NCBI RefSeq assembly: GCF_963921235.1
Contig: NC_086097.1
Span: 79,858,001-79,922,000 of the forward strand
Source: Mobula hypostoma
Taxonomy: Eukaryota
Length of the DNA stretch: 64,000 nucleotides
Direction: 5' to 3'
Notes under the pieces: generated by a model
The model's database searches: none
What the model saw: only the letters and a program-made list of their open reading frames with translations
Told to the model about the DNA's origin: nothing
Shown here: piece after piece, positions 37,476 through 50,787 of the stretch
How the letters are laid out: each line of letters opens with the position of its first letter
Numbering within the stretch: the first letter of the stretch is position 1
Position numbers and translations under genes: made by a program

Positions 37476-37756
37476 GCAGAAAATGGTTCGGCACAGCCAA
37501 GAAGGGCCAAAAGGCCTGTTTCTGTGCTGTAGTTTCTATGGTTCTATGGTAAGATTTTCTAACCGCTTAAGCTTTCTATTTCTAAAGGTTGAAATTCAGT
37601 TAAAAGCAGCAAAATACTTTGTCACCAAGGTCACACGATGTAGACAGATAGTATTTATACACTTTTCTATCTCTTGTCTCATTTTGCTTCTAACCACCTG
37701 ATGTCTCTATTAACAATTATTCTATAAGTTTCTTTCAGCAGAGTTGCTTGACCAGG

Positions 37757-37973
37757 AGATTTCCAGACATTTTTCAAGAATGGTTTCAAAGCTAATTGTG
37801 AATTATTATATCAATGAAGGAACTATTCAGAAAATAATTAGGCATCAATTCAGATACAAATTAACAGATTTCCAGACGTTTTTCAAGAATGGTTTCAAAG
37901 CTAATTGTGAATTATTATATCAATGAAGGAACTATTCAGAAAATAATTAGGCATCAATTCAGATACAAATTAA
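37757..37973. repeat. 109-bp tandem duplication
   Basis: Units start at 37757 and 37866; one mismatch seen. Confidence 0.95.
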
Positions 37974-37992
37974 GAGTTTTCACTTAGATGTT

Positions 37993-38409
37993 AGGTTTAT
38001 CCAGTTATGTTACATGGCTCAGAGTGTTGGACAATATCTAGTAACATGAGGAAATGAATTGAAGCAGCAGAGATGTGGTTTTTGAGGAGGATGCAAAGAA
38101 CATCATGGATGAAACGAATATCTAATGAGGATGTCATGAACAGAGCAAGCAGAGAAATAATGTACGAGATCATGAAAAGGCAACGTGACTTCATTGGACA
38201 TGTGATTAGGAAAGAGGAGCTAGAATGCACGGTAATTATGGGAAAGATTGAAGGGAAGAAAGCAAGAGGAAGGCAAAGACAAATGATGATGGAAACAGCA
38301 GCCAGAGAACTGGAAATGAATACCAATGAATTGATCCACTTGACCCAAAAAAGGAGTGTGTGGGCCATGGCAGTCAAACTCAAACTGGGCATGGCACCTG
38401 ACGATGATG
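37993..38409 (+). mobile_element. RTE-clade LINE 3' fragment
   Basis: EAAEMWFLRRM..SW...SNEDV, GHVIR, GKIEGKKARGRQR; (GAT)n tail; 11-bp TSD ACTTAGATGTT at 37982-37992 and 38410-38420. Confidence 0.9.
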
Positions 38410-38604
38410 ACTTAGATGTTGTGTTGCAATGATGCTTTGTGGGAATTAGCAATAAAGTAACAAAAATTAATGATATTTGTCATATAGTAGTAACATCTAA
38501 ATTATGAAGGGAAAGTTAAGCGTGGTCATTGATGTAATATGATTGACTGCTTTTTGTGAAATACAAAGTGAAAATTTAACTATCAAATAATGGCAATATT
38601 TTCT

Positions 38605-39665
38605 GGAAACACACACAAAGTGCTGGAGGAACTCAGCAGGACAGGCAGCATCTATGGAAAAGAGTACAGTTGATGTTTCAGGCTGAGACCCTTCAGCAGG
38701 ACTGGAGGAAATAAGTTGAGGTGTAGATTTAAAAAGGGAGGGGGAGAGAGAAACTTAAGGTGATAGGTGAAACCTGAAAGGGAGGGGGAATGAAATAAAG
38801 AGCTGGGAAGTTGATTGTTGTAAGAGACATAAGACCATGGAAGAAAGAAAAGGGGGGAGGAGCACCAGAGGGAGGCAATGGGTGGGTAAGGAGATAACAT
38901 AAGAGAGGGAAAAGGGAATGGGGGGGAGCTGGGGGCATTACAGGAAGTTTGAGAACTAGATGTTCATGCCTTCAGATTGGAGGCTACCCAGATGGTATAT
39001 AAGGTGTTGTTCCTCCATCCTAAATGTGGCCTCATCACGACAGTAGAGGAAGCCAATGATAATAGACATATCAGAGTGGGAATGAGAAGTGGAATTAAAA
39101 TGGGTGGCCACTGGGACATCCCATTTTGTCTGGCAGACAAAACGCAGGTGCTCAGTGAAGTGGTCTCCCAATCTATACTGGGTCTCACCGCTGTACAGGA
39201 AGCCACACCAGGAGCACCAGACACAATTTATGAACCCAACAGACTCACAGGTGAGGTGTCGCCTCACTTGGAAGGACTGTTTAGGGCCCTGAAGGTAGTG
39301 AGGGAGGAGGTGTAGGGGCAGGTGTAGCACTTGTTCCGCTTGCAAGGATAAGTGCCAAGAGGGGTGGGAAGGGACGAATAGAGAAGGGGAGTCGCATAGG
39401 GAGCGATCCCTGCAGAAAGCAGAAAGTGGGGGGAGAGAAAGATGTGCTTGGTAGTGTGATCCCATTGGAGATGGCGGAGGATTCAGAGAATTATGTGATG
39501 GACATGGAGGTTGGTGGGGTTATAGGTGAGGACAAGAGGAACCCTATCCTTGGTAGGGTGGCGGAGGAATGGGGCAAGAGCAGATGTGCATGAAATGGAA
39601 GAGATGCGATTGAGGGCAGCATTGATGGTAGTGGAAGGGAAGCCCCGTTTTTTGAAAAAGGAGTG
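38605..39665 (-). mobile_element. Penelope-like element, 3' part, with degenerate hammerhead
   Basis: DRVPLVLTY, CSWCGFLYSGET, RMEEQHLIYHLGSLQ; terminus reads CTGCTGAAGGGTCTCAGCCTGAAAC on the minus strand. Confidence 0.9.
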
Positions 39666-40599
39666 GTGTACATATTTGCATGATGTACGTTTAGTAGTAA
39701 CAAGATAGAATAACATCCTTACACTTAACAAATGTCCAATCAATCATGACATTAGCACATTTGTATTTGAACCAAGTGTGGTCGAAACTGCTTGCGTAAA
39801 AGAAACTGGGCTAAAGACGGGAAAACAACATTATTTTGGTGTACAAACAGATTAACATAATACATCCACAACCATTTTGCTCTGGGACCAATTGTATTAA
39901 TATTGAGCAGTGACCTCAGAATTATGGGCTTACAATCAAGAGAATGGTGTGATCAAGAGATGTGGAATGCGGATAAGAACAAGAATCAGACTGGTGATCA
40001 GGTCGGATAGGCAGGGAAGGTAGTCAGTCCCTAAAGAGTTCTGGTCTGGTTATAGAAGTATGCTGGAGATATCTTCCAACACAGAATTAATAAATGTGTT
40101 TATCAAGGAGTGACCACAGATTAATAATTATATCCAGAATAAAGCGATTTAATTTTCTGTGTAGTATGCAGAGGAAAGGCAGTGCACATGTAATAAAATC
40201 AAAGTATTCCAATTACATGATCACTGCAATTATGAAGCTCAACTGGAAGTAATTGACTGAATTATCAGCACAGTGTAAAATACTACACAAAAAAGCTGCT
40301 AGTTTTCATGTATATAATATTCTATCTCATTGAAGGAAACAATACGAATGGATCCAATATCTAGGTTATTGCAAAATGGAGTAAAGCAGGGAACAAATAG
40401 AATAACCATATCACTTTAGTTAGAAGACACCATACAAACAGTGAGATAATGCTTCCATAATCATACTTAGAAGAAATTACAATGATTACAGCACAACATA
40501 TTGGCACAGTTGAACACTACCCATCGCAAAAAAATAGTTCATACTCTTTTAATGCACTAAGATACATTGTAGATTATGCTCACATTGTTTGAAAACTTT

Positions 40600-43500
40600 T
40601 AAGATCACAAGACAGTAAAACATACCAGCAGAATTTAGGCTATTCAGCCCATCAAGTCTGTTCTGTCATTTCATCATGGCTGATCCAATTTTCCTCAGCC
40701 CCAATCTCCTGCCTCTTCCCCGTATCCCTTCATGCCCTGGCCAATCAAGAATCTATCAACCTTTGCATTAAATATACATAAAGACTTGGCCTCCATGGCT
40801 GTCTATGGCAAAGAATTCTACAGTTTCACCACTCTCTGCCTGAAGAAATTCCTCATCTCCATTCTAAAAGGATGTCCCTCTATTCTGAGGCTGTGCGCTC
40901 TGGTCTTAGACTCTCCCACCATAGGAAACATCCTCTCCATATCCACTCTATCAATGCTTTTCACTATTCGATAGGTTTCAGTGAGGTCTCCCCTTGTTCT
41001 TCTGAATTCTAGTGAATACAGCCATGGAACGCTCTTTATATGGAATCATGGAACTTAAAGAGGGGTAACTTTGAAGGTATGAGACGTGAATTAGCTAAGA
41101 TAGACTGGCAAATGATACTTAAAGGATTGACGGTGGATATGCAATAGCAAGCATTTAAAGGTTGCATGGATGAACTACAACAATTGTTCATCCCAGTTTG
41201 GCAAAAGAATAAATCAAGGAAGGTAGTGCACCCGTGGCTGACAAGAGAAATTAGGGATAGTATCAATTCCAAAGAAGAAGCATACAAATTAGCCAGAGAA
41301 ATGGGCTCACCTGAGGACTGGGAGAAATTCAGAGTTCAGCAGAGGAGGACAAAGGGCTTAATTAGGAAGGGGAAAAAAGATTATGAGAGAAAACTGGCAG
41401 GGAACATAAAAACGGACTGTAAAAGCTTTTATAGATATGTAAAAAGGAAAAGACTGGTAAAGACAAATGTAGGTCCCCTGCAGACAGAAACAGGTGAATT
41501 GATTATGGGGAGCAAGGACATGGCAGACCAATTGAATAGTTACTTTGGTTCTGTCTTCACTAAGGAGGACATAAATAATCTTCCAGAAATAGTAAGGGAC
41601 AGAGGGTCCAGTGGGATGGAGGAACTGAGCGAAATACATGTTAGTAGGGAAGTGGTGTTAGGTAAATTGAAGGGATTGAAGGCAGATAAATCCCCAGGGC
41701 CAGATGGTCTGCATCCTAGAGTGCTTAAAGAAGTAGCCCAAGAAATAGTGGATGCATTAGTGATAATTTTTCAAAACTCGTTAGATTCTGGACTAGTTCC
41801 TGAGGATTGGAGGGTGGCTAATGTAACCCCACTTTTTAAAAAAGGAGGGAGAGAGAAACCGGGGAATTATAGACCGGTTAGCCTAACGTCGGTGGTGGGG
41901 AAACTGCTGGAGTCAGTTATCAAGGATGTGATAACAGCACATTTGGAAAGCAGTGAAATGATCGGACAAAGTCAGCATGGATTTGTGAAAGGAAAATCAT
42001 GTCTGACGAATCTCATAGAATTTTTTGAGGATGTAACTAGTAGAGTGGATAGGGGAGAACCAGTGGATGTGGTATATTTGGATTTTCAAAAGGCTTTTGA
42101 CAAGGTCCCACACAGGAGATTAGTGCGCAAACTTAAAGCACACGGTATTGGGGGTAAGGTATTGGTGTGGGTGGAGAATTGGTTAGCAGACAGGAAGCAA
42201 GAGTGGGAATAAACGGGACCTTTTCAGAATGGCAGGCGGTGACTAGTGGGGTACTGCAAGGCTCAGTGCTGGGACCCCAGTTGTTTACAATATATATTAA
42301 TGACTTGGATGAGGGAATTAAATGCAGCATCTCCAAGTTTGCGGATGACACGAAGCTGGGTGGCAGTGTTAGCACTGAGGAGGATGCTAAGAGGATGCAG
42401 GGTGACTTGGATAGGTTGGGTGAGTGGGCAAATTCATGGCAGATGCAATTTAATGTGGATAAATGTGAAGTTATCCACTTTGGTGGCAAAAATAGGAAAA
42501 CACATTATTATCTGAATGGTGGCCGATTAGGAAAAGGGGAGGTGCAACGAGACCTGGGTGTCATTATACACCAGTCATTGAAAGTGGGCATGCAGGTACA
42601 GCAGGCGGTGAAAAAGGCAAATGGTATGCTGGCATTTATAGCAAGAGGATTCGAGTACAGGAGCAGGGAGGTACTACTGCAGTTGTACAAGGCCTTGGTG
42701 AGACCACACCTGGAGTATTGTGTGCAGTTTTGGTCCCCTAATCTGAGGAAAGACATCTTTGCCATAGAGGGAGTACAAAGAAGGTTCACCAGATTGATTC
42801 CTGGGATGGCGGGACTTTCATATGAAGAAAGACTGGATGAATTGGGCTTGTACTCGTTGGAATTTAGAAGATTGAGGGGGGATCTGATTGAAACGTATAA
42901 GATCCTAAAGGGATTGGACAGGCTAGCTGCAGGAAGATTGTTCCCGATGTTGGGGAAGTCCAGAACGAGGGGTCACAGTTTGAGGATAGAGGGGAAGCCT
43001 TTTAGGACCGAGATTACGAAAAACTTCTTCACACAGAGAGTGGTGAATCTGTGGAATTCTCTGCCACAGGAAACTGCTGAGGCCAGTTCATTGGCTATAT
43101 TTAAGAGGGACCTTGTGGCTACGGGGGTCAGGGGGTATGGAGGGAAGGCTGGGGCGGGGTTCTGAGTTGGATGATCAGCCATGATCATAATAAATGGCGG
43201 TGCAGGCTCGAAGGGCCGAATGGCCTACTCCTGCACCTATTTTCTATGTTTCTATGTTTCTATATGACAAGCCATTCAATCTTGGAATCATTTTCCTGAA
43301 CCTCCTTTGAATCCTCTCCAGTTTCAGCACACCCTTTCTAAGATAAGGTGCTCAAACCTGCTCACAATACTCCAAGTGAGGCCTCACCAGTGCTTTATAA
43401 AGTTTTAACATTACATCCTTGTTTTTATATTCTAGTCCTCTTGAAATGAAGGCTATCATTACACTTACCTTCCTCACCACAGACTCAAACAGCAAATTAA

Positions 43501-44740
43501 CCTCTAGGGAATCCTGCCCAAGACCTCCCGAGCCCCTCAGTTTTTTTGTATTTTATCTCCACTTAGAAAATAGTCAACACTTTCATTTCCTCAATCAAAG
43601 TACATGACCATACACTTCCCAACATGCATTCCATCTGCCATTTCATTGCCCATTCTCCTAATTTCTCCAAGTCCTTCTGTAGTCTCTCTACTTCCTCAAA
43701 ATTAACTGCCCCTCCATCTGCAAATTTTGCAACTAAGCCATCAATTCCATCACGCAAATCATTGACATAAAACATAAAAAAGAATTGGTCCTAACACAGA
43801 CCCGAGTGGAACACCACTAGTCACTGGCAGCCAGTCAGAATAGGCTCCCTTTATTCCCACTCTTTGCTTCCTGCCAATCAGCAACTGCTTAATCCATGCT
43901 GGAATCTTTCCTGTAATACCATGGGCTCGTAGCCTCATGTGTGGCACTTTGTCAAAGGCCTTCTGAAAATCCAAGTACACAACATCAACCGATTCTCCTT
44001 TGTCTATACTGATTGTTATTTCTTCAATGAATTCCAACAGATCTGTCATCCAAGTATCCTGAGACCTTGATAATCAACTCCAACATCTTCCCAACCACTG
44101 AGGTCAGAGTAACTGGCCTATAGTTTTCTTTCTTCTGCTTCTCTCCCTTCTTGAAAAGTGGAGTGACATTTTCAATTTTCCAGTCTTATTGAACCACTCC
44201 AGAATCTAGTGATTCTAGAAAGTTAATTACTAATGCCTCCACGATCTCTTCAGCCACCTCTTTCAGACACCATTTGATCCAAGTGACTTATCTAACTCCA
44301 GACCTTTCAGTTTCCCAAGAACCTTCTCTCTAGTTATGGTAACTTCACACATTGCATGCCTGCTTACAGCTGGAAATTCTACCATACTGGTAGTGTATTC
44401 TACAGTGAAGATTGATGCAAAATACTTATTCAGTTTGTCTGCCATTTTGTTGTTCCCCTTTACTACTTCTTCAGTATTGTTTTCAGTCCAATATCCACTC
44501 TTGCCTCTCTTTTACACTTTATGTATCTGAAAAAAATTTTGGTATCCTCTTTAATATCATTGGATAGCTTATTTTCATATTCCAACTTTACCTTCTTAAT
44601 AACTTTTTAGTTGCCTTCCAGTGGTATTTAAAAGCTGCGCAATCCTCTAAGTTCTCACTAATTTTTGCTTTATTATATGCCCTCCCTTTGGCTTTTATGT
44701 TGGTTTTGACTTTTTAGTTGTGTCATCTTAGCCACAGTTG
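40600..44740 (-). mobile_element. Older CR1 split by a younger opposite-strand CR1; pieces 40600-41042 and 43261-44740
   Basis: ORFs 44263-44445, 43759-44049 and 43563-43775 carry CR1 RT motifs; tail near 40600. Confidence 0.88.
41043..43260 (+). mobile_element. CR1 LINE, 5'-truncated, fairly young
   Basis: ORFs 41166-42212 and 42167-43165 (one frameshift); (TTTCTATG)n tail; TSD TATATG at 41037-41042 and 43261-43266. Confidence 0.95.
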
Positions 44741-45807
44741 TTCATAATGATTAGATTCTTTCATTGAGATAGCAAATTGCATTTCATTGAGAGGAAACAA
44801 TTGCTGGCATATAAATTGCCATGGATGTAGTCTCTGTACTCAGCTCTTAAAGGACAATACAGATATGACTGCAGACTCCAAACATTTGTATTTTGGGAAC
44901 ACTATAATGATAGCAAACCCCCGTGCCTGCTCTACCTTTTCCTGTAGTCTGAAGGAAAAGGTTTCTGAAGGCACACTTCCCTAAGCATAGATTTTATGCA
45001 ATGTTGCAAATGCAGCAGGGAACAGAAAACTGTGAGACAGAGCAGAGATCAGATGGTAGCAGCCTGGAATAATTCTGAAGTTAGGAAGTTGAAAGTAACT
45101 GTAACTTTCCCCCCACAACCATTCAAAGCAGTCAAGATCAGGGGGCATGAGGGTTGGTGATCCCCTTGGTATGCAAATTGGTGAAACTAGAGTTCGGGAC
45201 CTAGTCATTCATGTCCTGTCACTGGGGAGTCTGGAGTTCAGGGTCCTCATCCAGGAACCTCACTTGTACTGAGGTCAATACTGAAAATCGAAGCCCAAAC
45301 ATCTGCTGGAAGTCTGGAAGCCTGAAAGAGCCTGTGTCTATGAGTCTCCGCAAATCCAGTGGGGAAGTCGAAGCCCAATGTCTTTGAATCTACAAATCCA
45401 TTGGAGGCTGAAGATGGCTGATCCTGGAGTTGGGAGTACTGTGTGTGCATGGGAGAGAGGAATGAGGCTTGTTTTGTTGTTGTTGTTGTTCAGTTACTTC
45501 TTATATTCTGTTATTATTGTGTTCTGTGTTGTTCTGCAGAGCACTGTGGGCACGTTATGTTGGCGCCAGAAAGTGTGGCAACACTTGCGGGCTACCCCCA
45601 GCACACCATTGGCATGTGATGGTTGTCAACACAAACGATGCATTTTATTGTATGTTTGATTGAACGTATAATAACTAATAAATCCTACTCTGAAATAAGC
45701 AATCCTTTATTTTAAAAGTGATTTCTGATTCTGTATTGGTCCACAAGAGGCAATTGTTGTCCACTTTCACTTTCCAGACTTTTCAGGATTTTATCCTAAT
45801 CAAAGAT

Positions 45808-46060
45808 TAAAGTTCAAAAGTTCAAAGTAAATTTATTATCAAAGTACATATACATCACTGTATACAACCCTGAGATTCATTTTCTTGAAGCATTCATAGT
45901 AAATACAAATAAATGCAATAGAATCAATGAAAGACCGCATCCAAAAAGACAGACAACCAATGAGCAAAAGACAAGAAATTGTGCAAATACAAAACGAAAA
46001 GAAATAATCATAATATTGAATAAATAAATAAGCAATAAATATTAAGAATATAACAATCAT
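45808..46060 (-). mobile_element. Rex1-type LINE or SINE 3' terminus
   Basis: AAGTTCAAAAGTTCAAAGTAAATTTATT tail layout like the other Rex-type ends in the window. Confidence 0.5.
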
Positions 46061-46242
46061 CCTTTCTCATTCTTCAAAACTCTCATCGTCCCTGGCTTAT
46101 ACAAGCTCTATCCCATCCTCTTAAAAAAAACAACCAACCATTGCCTCTTCTGCTCCTCCCCATGTATCAAGCCCAGCAAACAGTTTCCCAACTACTTCTA
46201 ATGTATCTACATCTTTCTTTAAATGAGACCATTACTGTACAC

Positions 46243-48964
46243 CAGGGTTTCTCAACTGGAGTTCCGTGAGAGATCACTAGGGGTTCTATGGGAGATCATG
46301 ATTTGAACTTCATGCAACACACAATGCTAGCACTCGCAGCGACTGAGCAGACCCATTAACAACTTCATTAGCCGTCTCTCAACCTTGTATGACAGCGCGC
46401 AGTAGGTTCGTGTTCATTCTCAGTTTTTGACGCAAGATTGGGGATAACTGGTGAGCGCTGTATTGCACAGAGAAGAGGGCGGTAAGCTGGTCATTGCTGA
46501 GTGCTGTATTGCATGGAGGGGAGGATGCTAGGCTGCTAAGGAGTGTGACGTGTGTTTTATGAGCATTGAATGAACTCGCCCAACTTGGGCTGTGATGTCG
46601 GCCTCTCCCTCCTGAATTACCTCCTCCAACTTCCCCTTAGGCGCTGATGACTGACCTACGGGAGCGAACAAACTACCTGCGTAATAGCAAATTGGGAGGG
46701 AAATTTTTATTCCAAAGACAGTACTGTCAGGCAATTTTTAGAGAGGAAGTGTGAGACGCAAGAGGAGGATTCTATGCCTAGGGCTACAGACAATTCTGAT
46801 TAGGTCCATGATGAAGAATTACATTTTCCTGAGTGATTTCACTGCACTAGTGAAACAACAGACACAAAAGAAGTTTTTTTTTTACAAAGCTATAGAAGTT
46901 TATTTACACAACAATTACACAAAGTACGAACATTAAGTATCTACATTTTGACAGTGAATAAATTCAAATTAAAATATAATTATTAGTGTCCATAAAACAG
47001 ATAATTCCCTGGGGGACCCACTGCTCCTGGAAATACCCCAATGCACCCATTGTGACTGCATGCTCCCTCTCCAAGGATAGCCAGGCATGAACATATCCTT
47101 GGAAGAAGGACAGGCAGTCAGCCTGGCAGAGCCCTCAACTTTCCACTGCCTGGATCCATGAATGGCCATATTTGCCAGGCCCAGGAGCAAGCCCACCAAT
47201 AGATCCACCTGACACACCCCTTTCCATATTGGGTGCACATGTATAAGGAGTGTATGGCTGAAGTACAACTAGAACCTGAGCAGAAGCTCCTTCAATATTC
47301 AAACAGCAGCTGCAACCTCTCACACTCCATATAAATGTGGTACACTAACTCCTCTTGACCACAGAATAGAAAGATGGAGGGCTGTCAGTGAACCTGCCTA
47401 AAGACCTATTGCACTGTACTGCCCTGTGCAACACCTTCCACCCAGGTCCCCAGTGTACAGGGGAAAGACCCCTGCACAAAGAGATTTCCACTGGGGGCCT
47501 CTTCTGCTGCCAGACAGTAAAACAGATCGCCAAGGTGAGTCTCGTTGGCAGATGAAGACAAGAAGAGCACTATACAAGAAACACTTTGGAGCGTCATAGA
47601 AGGGCATGGCTGGCATCCCTGCGAGATGGCCCACATCATGCGGGCCCCTCTCCTGCATGGTATCCTGAGGCCTGGGTCCGACAGGTAATTCCGACCAATC
47701 AGATAAGGGTGAGGCCAGAACCCCTCCAATTCCCCAAGCCCCTCAACACCCACCATGATAGGATGGGGACCAGTCCCCCTCGTAGCTAGAGCACTGTCCT
47801 CCACCGGTGCAGAAGCACCCTGTCTGGGTGAGACCAGACTCCATATCCTCATCAACTCTCGGTAAAAGCGCAGCAGTTACCTCAAAGTGACACGGCTGAT
47901 GCTATCTGCTGGAAGTCACATGCCCTACCGCAGGCAGTGTCCCTGGTGGATCAAGTGTGTTGCCAATGCATGCAATCTCGGAGGGCCCTGAGGTGAAGAG
48001 ACGACAGCTGGGTGCACACACCAATGACTGACCACCCTCCACGAGAGATCAGGACCCCAGTAGAGACGCAATGCCTCCTGTTGCCCCAGAATTTCACGAG
48101 CCTCTTTTGGGTCCTGAAGACAAATGCAGTGGGCGGGACTAAAGTAATCACCCGGCACCACGTCTTTACAGTGAAAGCTACTTATCAATGGGCTTTACAT
48201 GGACTAGTGATCCAAGTTGTCCTATTCCACTGTGCCTAGTCTGTGGCAAACAACTTACAAATGTAGCAATGGGTCCAGTAAAATTGAAAAGACACTTAAC
48301 TACAAGTCACAGCCATATGACACGTAAAAGTGCTGATTATTTTAAACCACTATTGGAATCTCAAAACAAACAGATTAAAGCTTTTGAAAATAAACTCACA
48401 ATCAGTAAAAAGACTCAGGAAGCAAGTTATTTAGTAGCTTTAAGACCAGATCACTAGAGAATGTTTTAAAAACTGTGATGAAAACCTGGACAAAGTGCAC
48501 ACCAATCTCCTGCTACCTACAGAAATCTGGCAGCTTAGCAGAGGAAGAGTTCTCAGTGAGGTGCTTGAGCTGAAAGGTAAATTGCAGGAGTATTCAAGAA
48601 AACAGTATGCCAGATTTTGCTAAATCCTTTGAAGATGAAGAAAGGCTTCAGAAAATGGCCTAATTAACCTACATTTTTCATCTTATGAACTAGAAAGTTT
48701 ATTATGTTTGCCTTACGAGTTTTTAAAATTTATGAAAGAAAAGGAAAGTAATTTCAAGAAAGGCTCAACTGTTTTTTTTTCCAAGAAACATTGACTAAAA
48801 ATCCATTCTCTATTCAAAACAGCACTGACAATTATTTTGGGATTATTATACCTGCAACTTACTGATCATGCTAATATAGCATGAGCTCTAGATATAATAA
48901 TTTTTACGGAGGGGTTCCCTGAGATCTGAAAATATCTCCAGGGCAAAATGGTTGAGAAAGGCTG
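46243..48964 (+). mobile_element. hAT (Charlie/Buster-like) DNA transposon, internally deleted
   Basis: TIRs CAGGGTTTCTCAAC / GTTGAGAAAGGCTG; perfect 8-bp TSD CTGTACAC at 46235-46242 and 48965-48972; BED-finger YLSMGFTW...PLCLVC...KLKRHL at 48180-48310. Confidence 0.92.
46873..48165 (-). mobile_element. Tx1-type (L1 group) LINE 3' fragment nested in the hAT
   Basis: DLLVGLLLGLANMAIH, GDL(G)WKVLHRAVQCN; AATAAA plus poly(A) on the minus strand at 46873-46900. Confidence 0.75.
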
Positions 48965-49144
48965 CTGTACACAATGCTCCAAATGTGGCCTCATGATTGT
49001 CCTGTACAACTAGAGCAAAAATTCCCCTACTCTGTACTCAATTTTTCTGTCATTAAACAAATACATTCTGGAAACACAAGGGACTGCAGGTGCTGGAATC
49101 TGGAGCAACAATTTACTGGTCCTAATGCAGGTTTTCAACCCAAA

Positions 49145-50787
49145 CATAAAGAAACTACAGCAGACCAAGGGGTTTTATTTTTGTATGGAACAGAAGAAAA
49201 AACCTTCAAAGGGACTGAATTCAAGTGAGCTACTTGAATACAGGAAATTAACAATTAGAATAATTATTCTGAGATCATCTTTCTTACGTTAGATAATACA
49301 TGCTAGAGGATGTGAAGGCTTCCATCTGGGGGTGGGGGAATGAGACAAAGGCAATAAAGTTGTAAATCTGTTTCACTGTTAGAACCCATTAACAGTTTTA
49401 AAAATATTAAATCAGATATCATAGATCTTTAGGCTGAAATTCCTTGTTGAAGGCTAAGGGTTGACTATATAAATCTCCAGTGATTTCAAGCTGTGTTTGT
49501 GAGCAATTCCTTTCTTCCAAAAGACACTGCTTGAGCTACTGAATTTCTCCAGCACATTATTTGTTGCACAATAACATAATATTACTTATTTTCAATTACT
49601 AGGATTTTGCAATTTGGGTAGATATTCACCCTCTGCAGTCAAAGCTCTCAACATAGAGTTAAATAATATGTTTTCATTTTTCTGCTAAAATGGTTAATTT
49701 CGTTTTTCACACATCATACTCCATTAGTCAGATTTTGCACATTCATTTTTCTGTCCTTTCCCAGACTCCGTCTGTTGCCTTCATCAAGTCACTTACATAA
49801 ATTAACAAAAGTTGAGTCCAACCCACACACTAAAGGCAATTTATCATGACCATTAATAAATTAACATGTATGTTTTTGGGATGTGGGTTGAAACTCAAGT
49901 GCTGATGGTAAGCCTGTCGTTACAAAGAGCATGTACAAAGAATTTTGGAGGTAAGAATTGAACCCAGGTTGCTGGACCTATGAGGTAGTAGCTATAACAG
50001 TAGTTTCACTCTTCATCCAAGTTACAGTTGATGAACTAGGCATTCACCACAGTCTTCAGTATGCTGCAATAATTAGTAGTTAATCCAAGCTATGCAATCT
50101 TGAGCAAACAGAAAAAACGTGGTTCAGTTTATTATAAAATTGATCCACATACCAAAATCACCTACTTCTTCATATGAAGTAAGGGAGAACAAGAAGAAGG
50201 CCCTTAACTCCGTGTGGAGTCATCGGGACGCCATCATGACAGCGTTTTTTTTAGCAGGCTTTCTTATTTTTACGAGGCCAAGTTGCTAGCTCGATGCTCA
50301 ACCCAGCATGGATGGAAAGCGTGCAAGAGGGCTGGCTGGATTTGAACTTGGGAGCCTTTGCTCCGAAGTCCAGCGCTGATGCCACTATGCCACCAGCTGG
50401 CTATATGAAGAAAGAGATGAAGCATAAAGAAATTACAGCAGACCAAAGGTTTTTATTTTTGTACGGAACAGAAAAAATAACATTCTAAGGTACTGAAGTA
50501 GAGGGAATTCCTTGAACACAGAATGAACAAATAGAATCACTGTTAGTTTTGAAATCATTTTTCTTACATTTGATAATGCATGCTAGGGGATGTGAAGACT
50601 TACAACTGGGGGAATATGAGGCCAAGGCAATGAAGTTGTAAATCTGTTTCATTGTTAGGAAAATTAACAGTCTTTAAAATCTTAAATCAGATATCATAAA
50701 TCTTTAACACGAGGCTGAAATTCCTTGTTGAAGGGGAAGGACTGACTATATAAACCTCAAAAACAATTACCAGTGGTTTTAAGCTGT
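49145..50787. repeat. Diverged direct duplication of a ~350-bp non-TE block (49145-49494 and 50423-50787)
   Basis: Collinear alignment by eye, e.g. CATAAAGAAAYTACAGCAGACCAA, AAGTTGTAAATCTGTTTCA, AGGCTGAAATTCCTTGTTGAAGG. Confidence 0.9.
50187..50402 (-). mobile_element. tRNA-derived SINE
   Basis: Minus strand has A box TGGCATAGTGG and B box AGTTCAAATCC; imperfect 15-bp TSD ATATGAAGTAAGGGA / ATATGAAGAAAGAGA. Confidence 0.75.

Larger units (their letters stand above)
33205..37550 (+). mobile_element. Near full-length CR1 LINE (5' UTR, ORF1, ORF2, tail), disabled
   Basis: CpG-rich 5' UTR, ORF1 from 33637, ORF2 to 37475, tail TTCTATGGTTCTATGG. Confidence 0.95.

Noticed and set aside
44923..44974. 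miRNA-like hairpin ACCTTTTCC/GGAAAAGGT with outer GTGCCT/AGGCAC
   Set aside because: The stem is too short and interrupted for a pre-miRNA, and an isolated hairpin like this is compatible with chance
48188..48457. Domesticated ZBED/Buster host gene
   Set aside because: Fragmentary, internally deleted and bounded by TIRs with an 8-bp TSD
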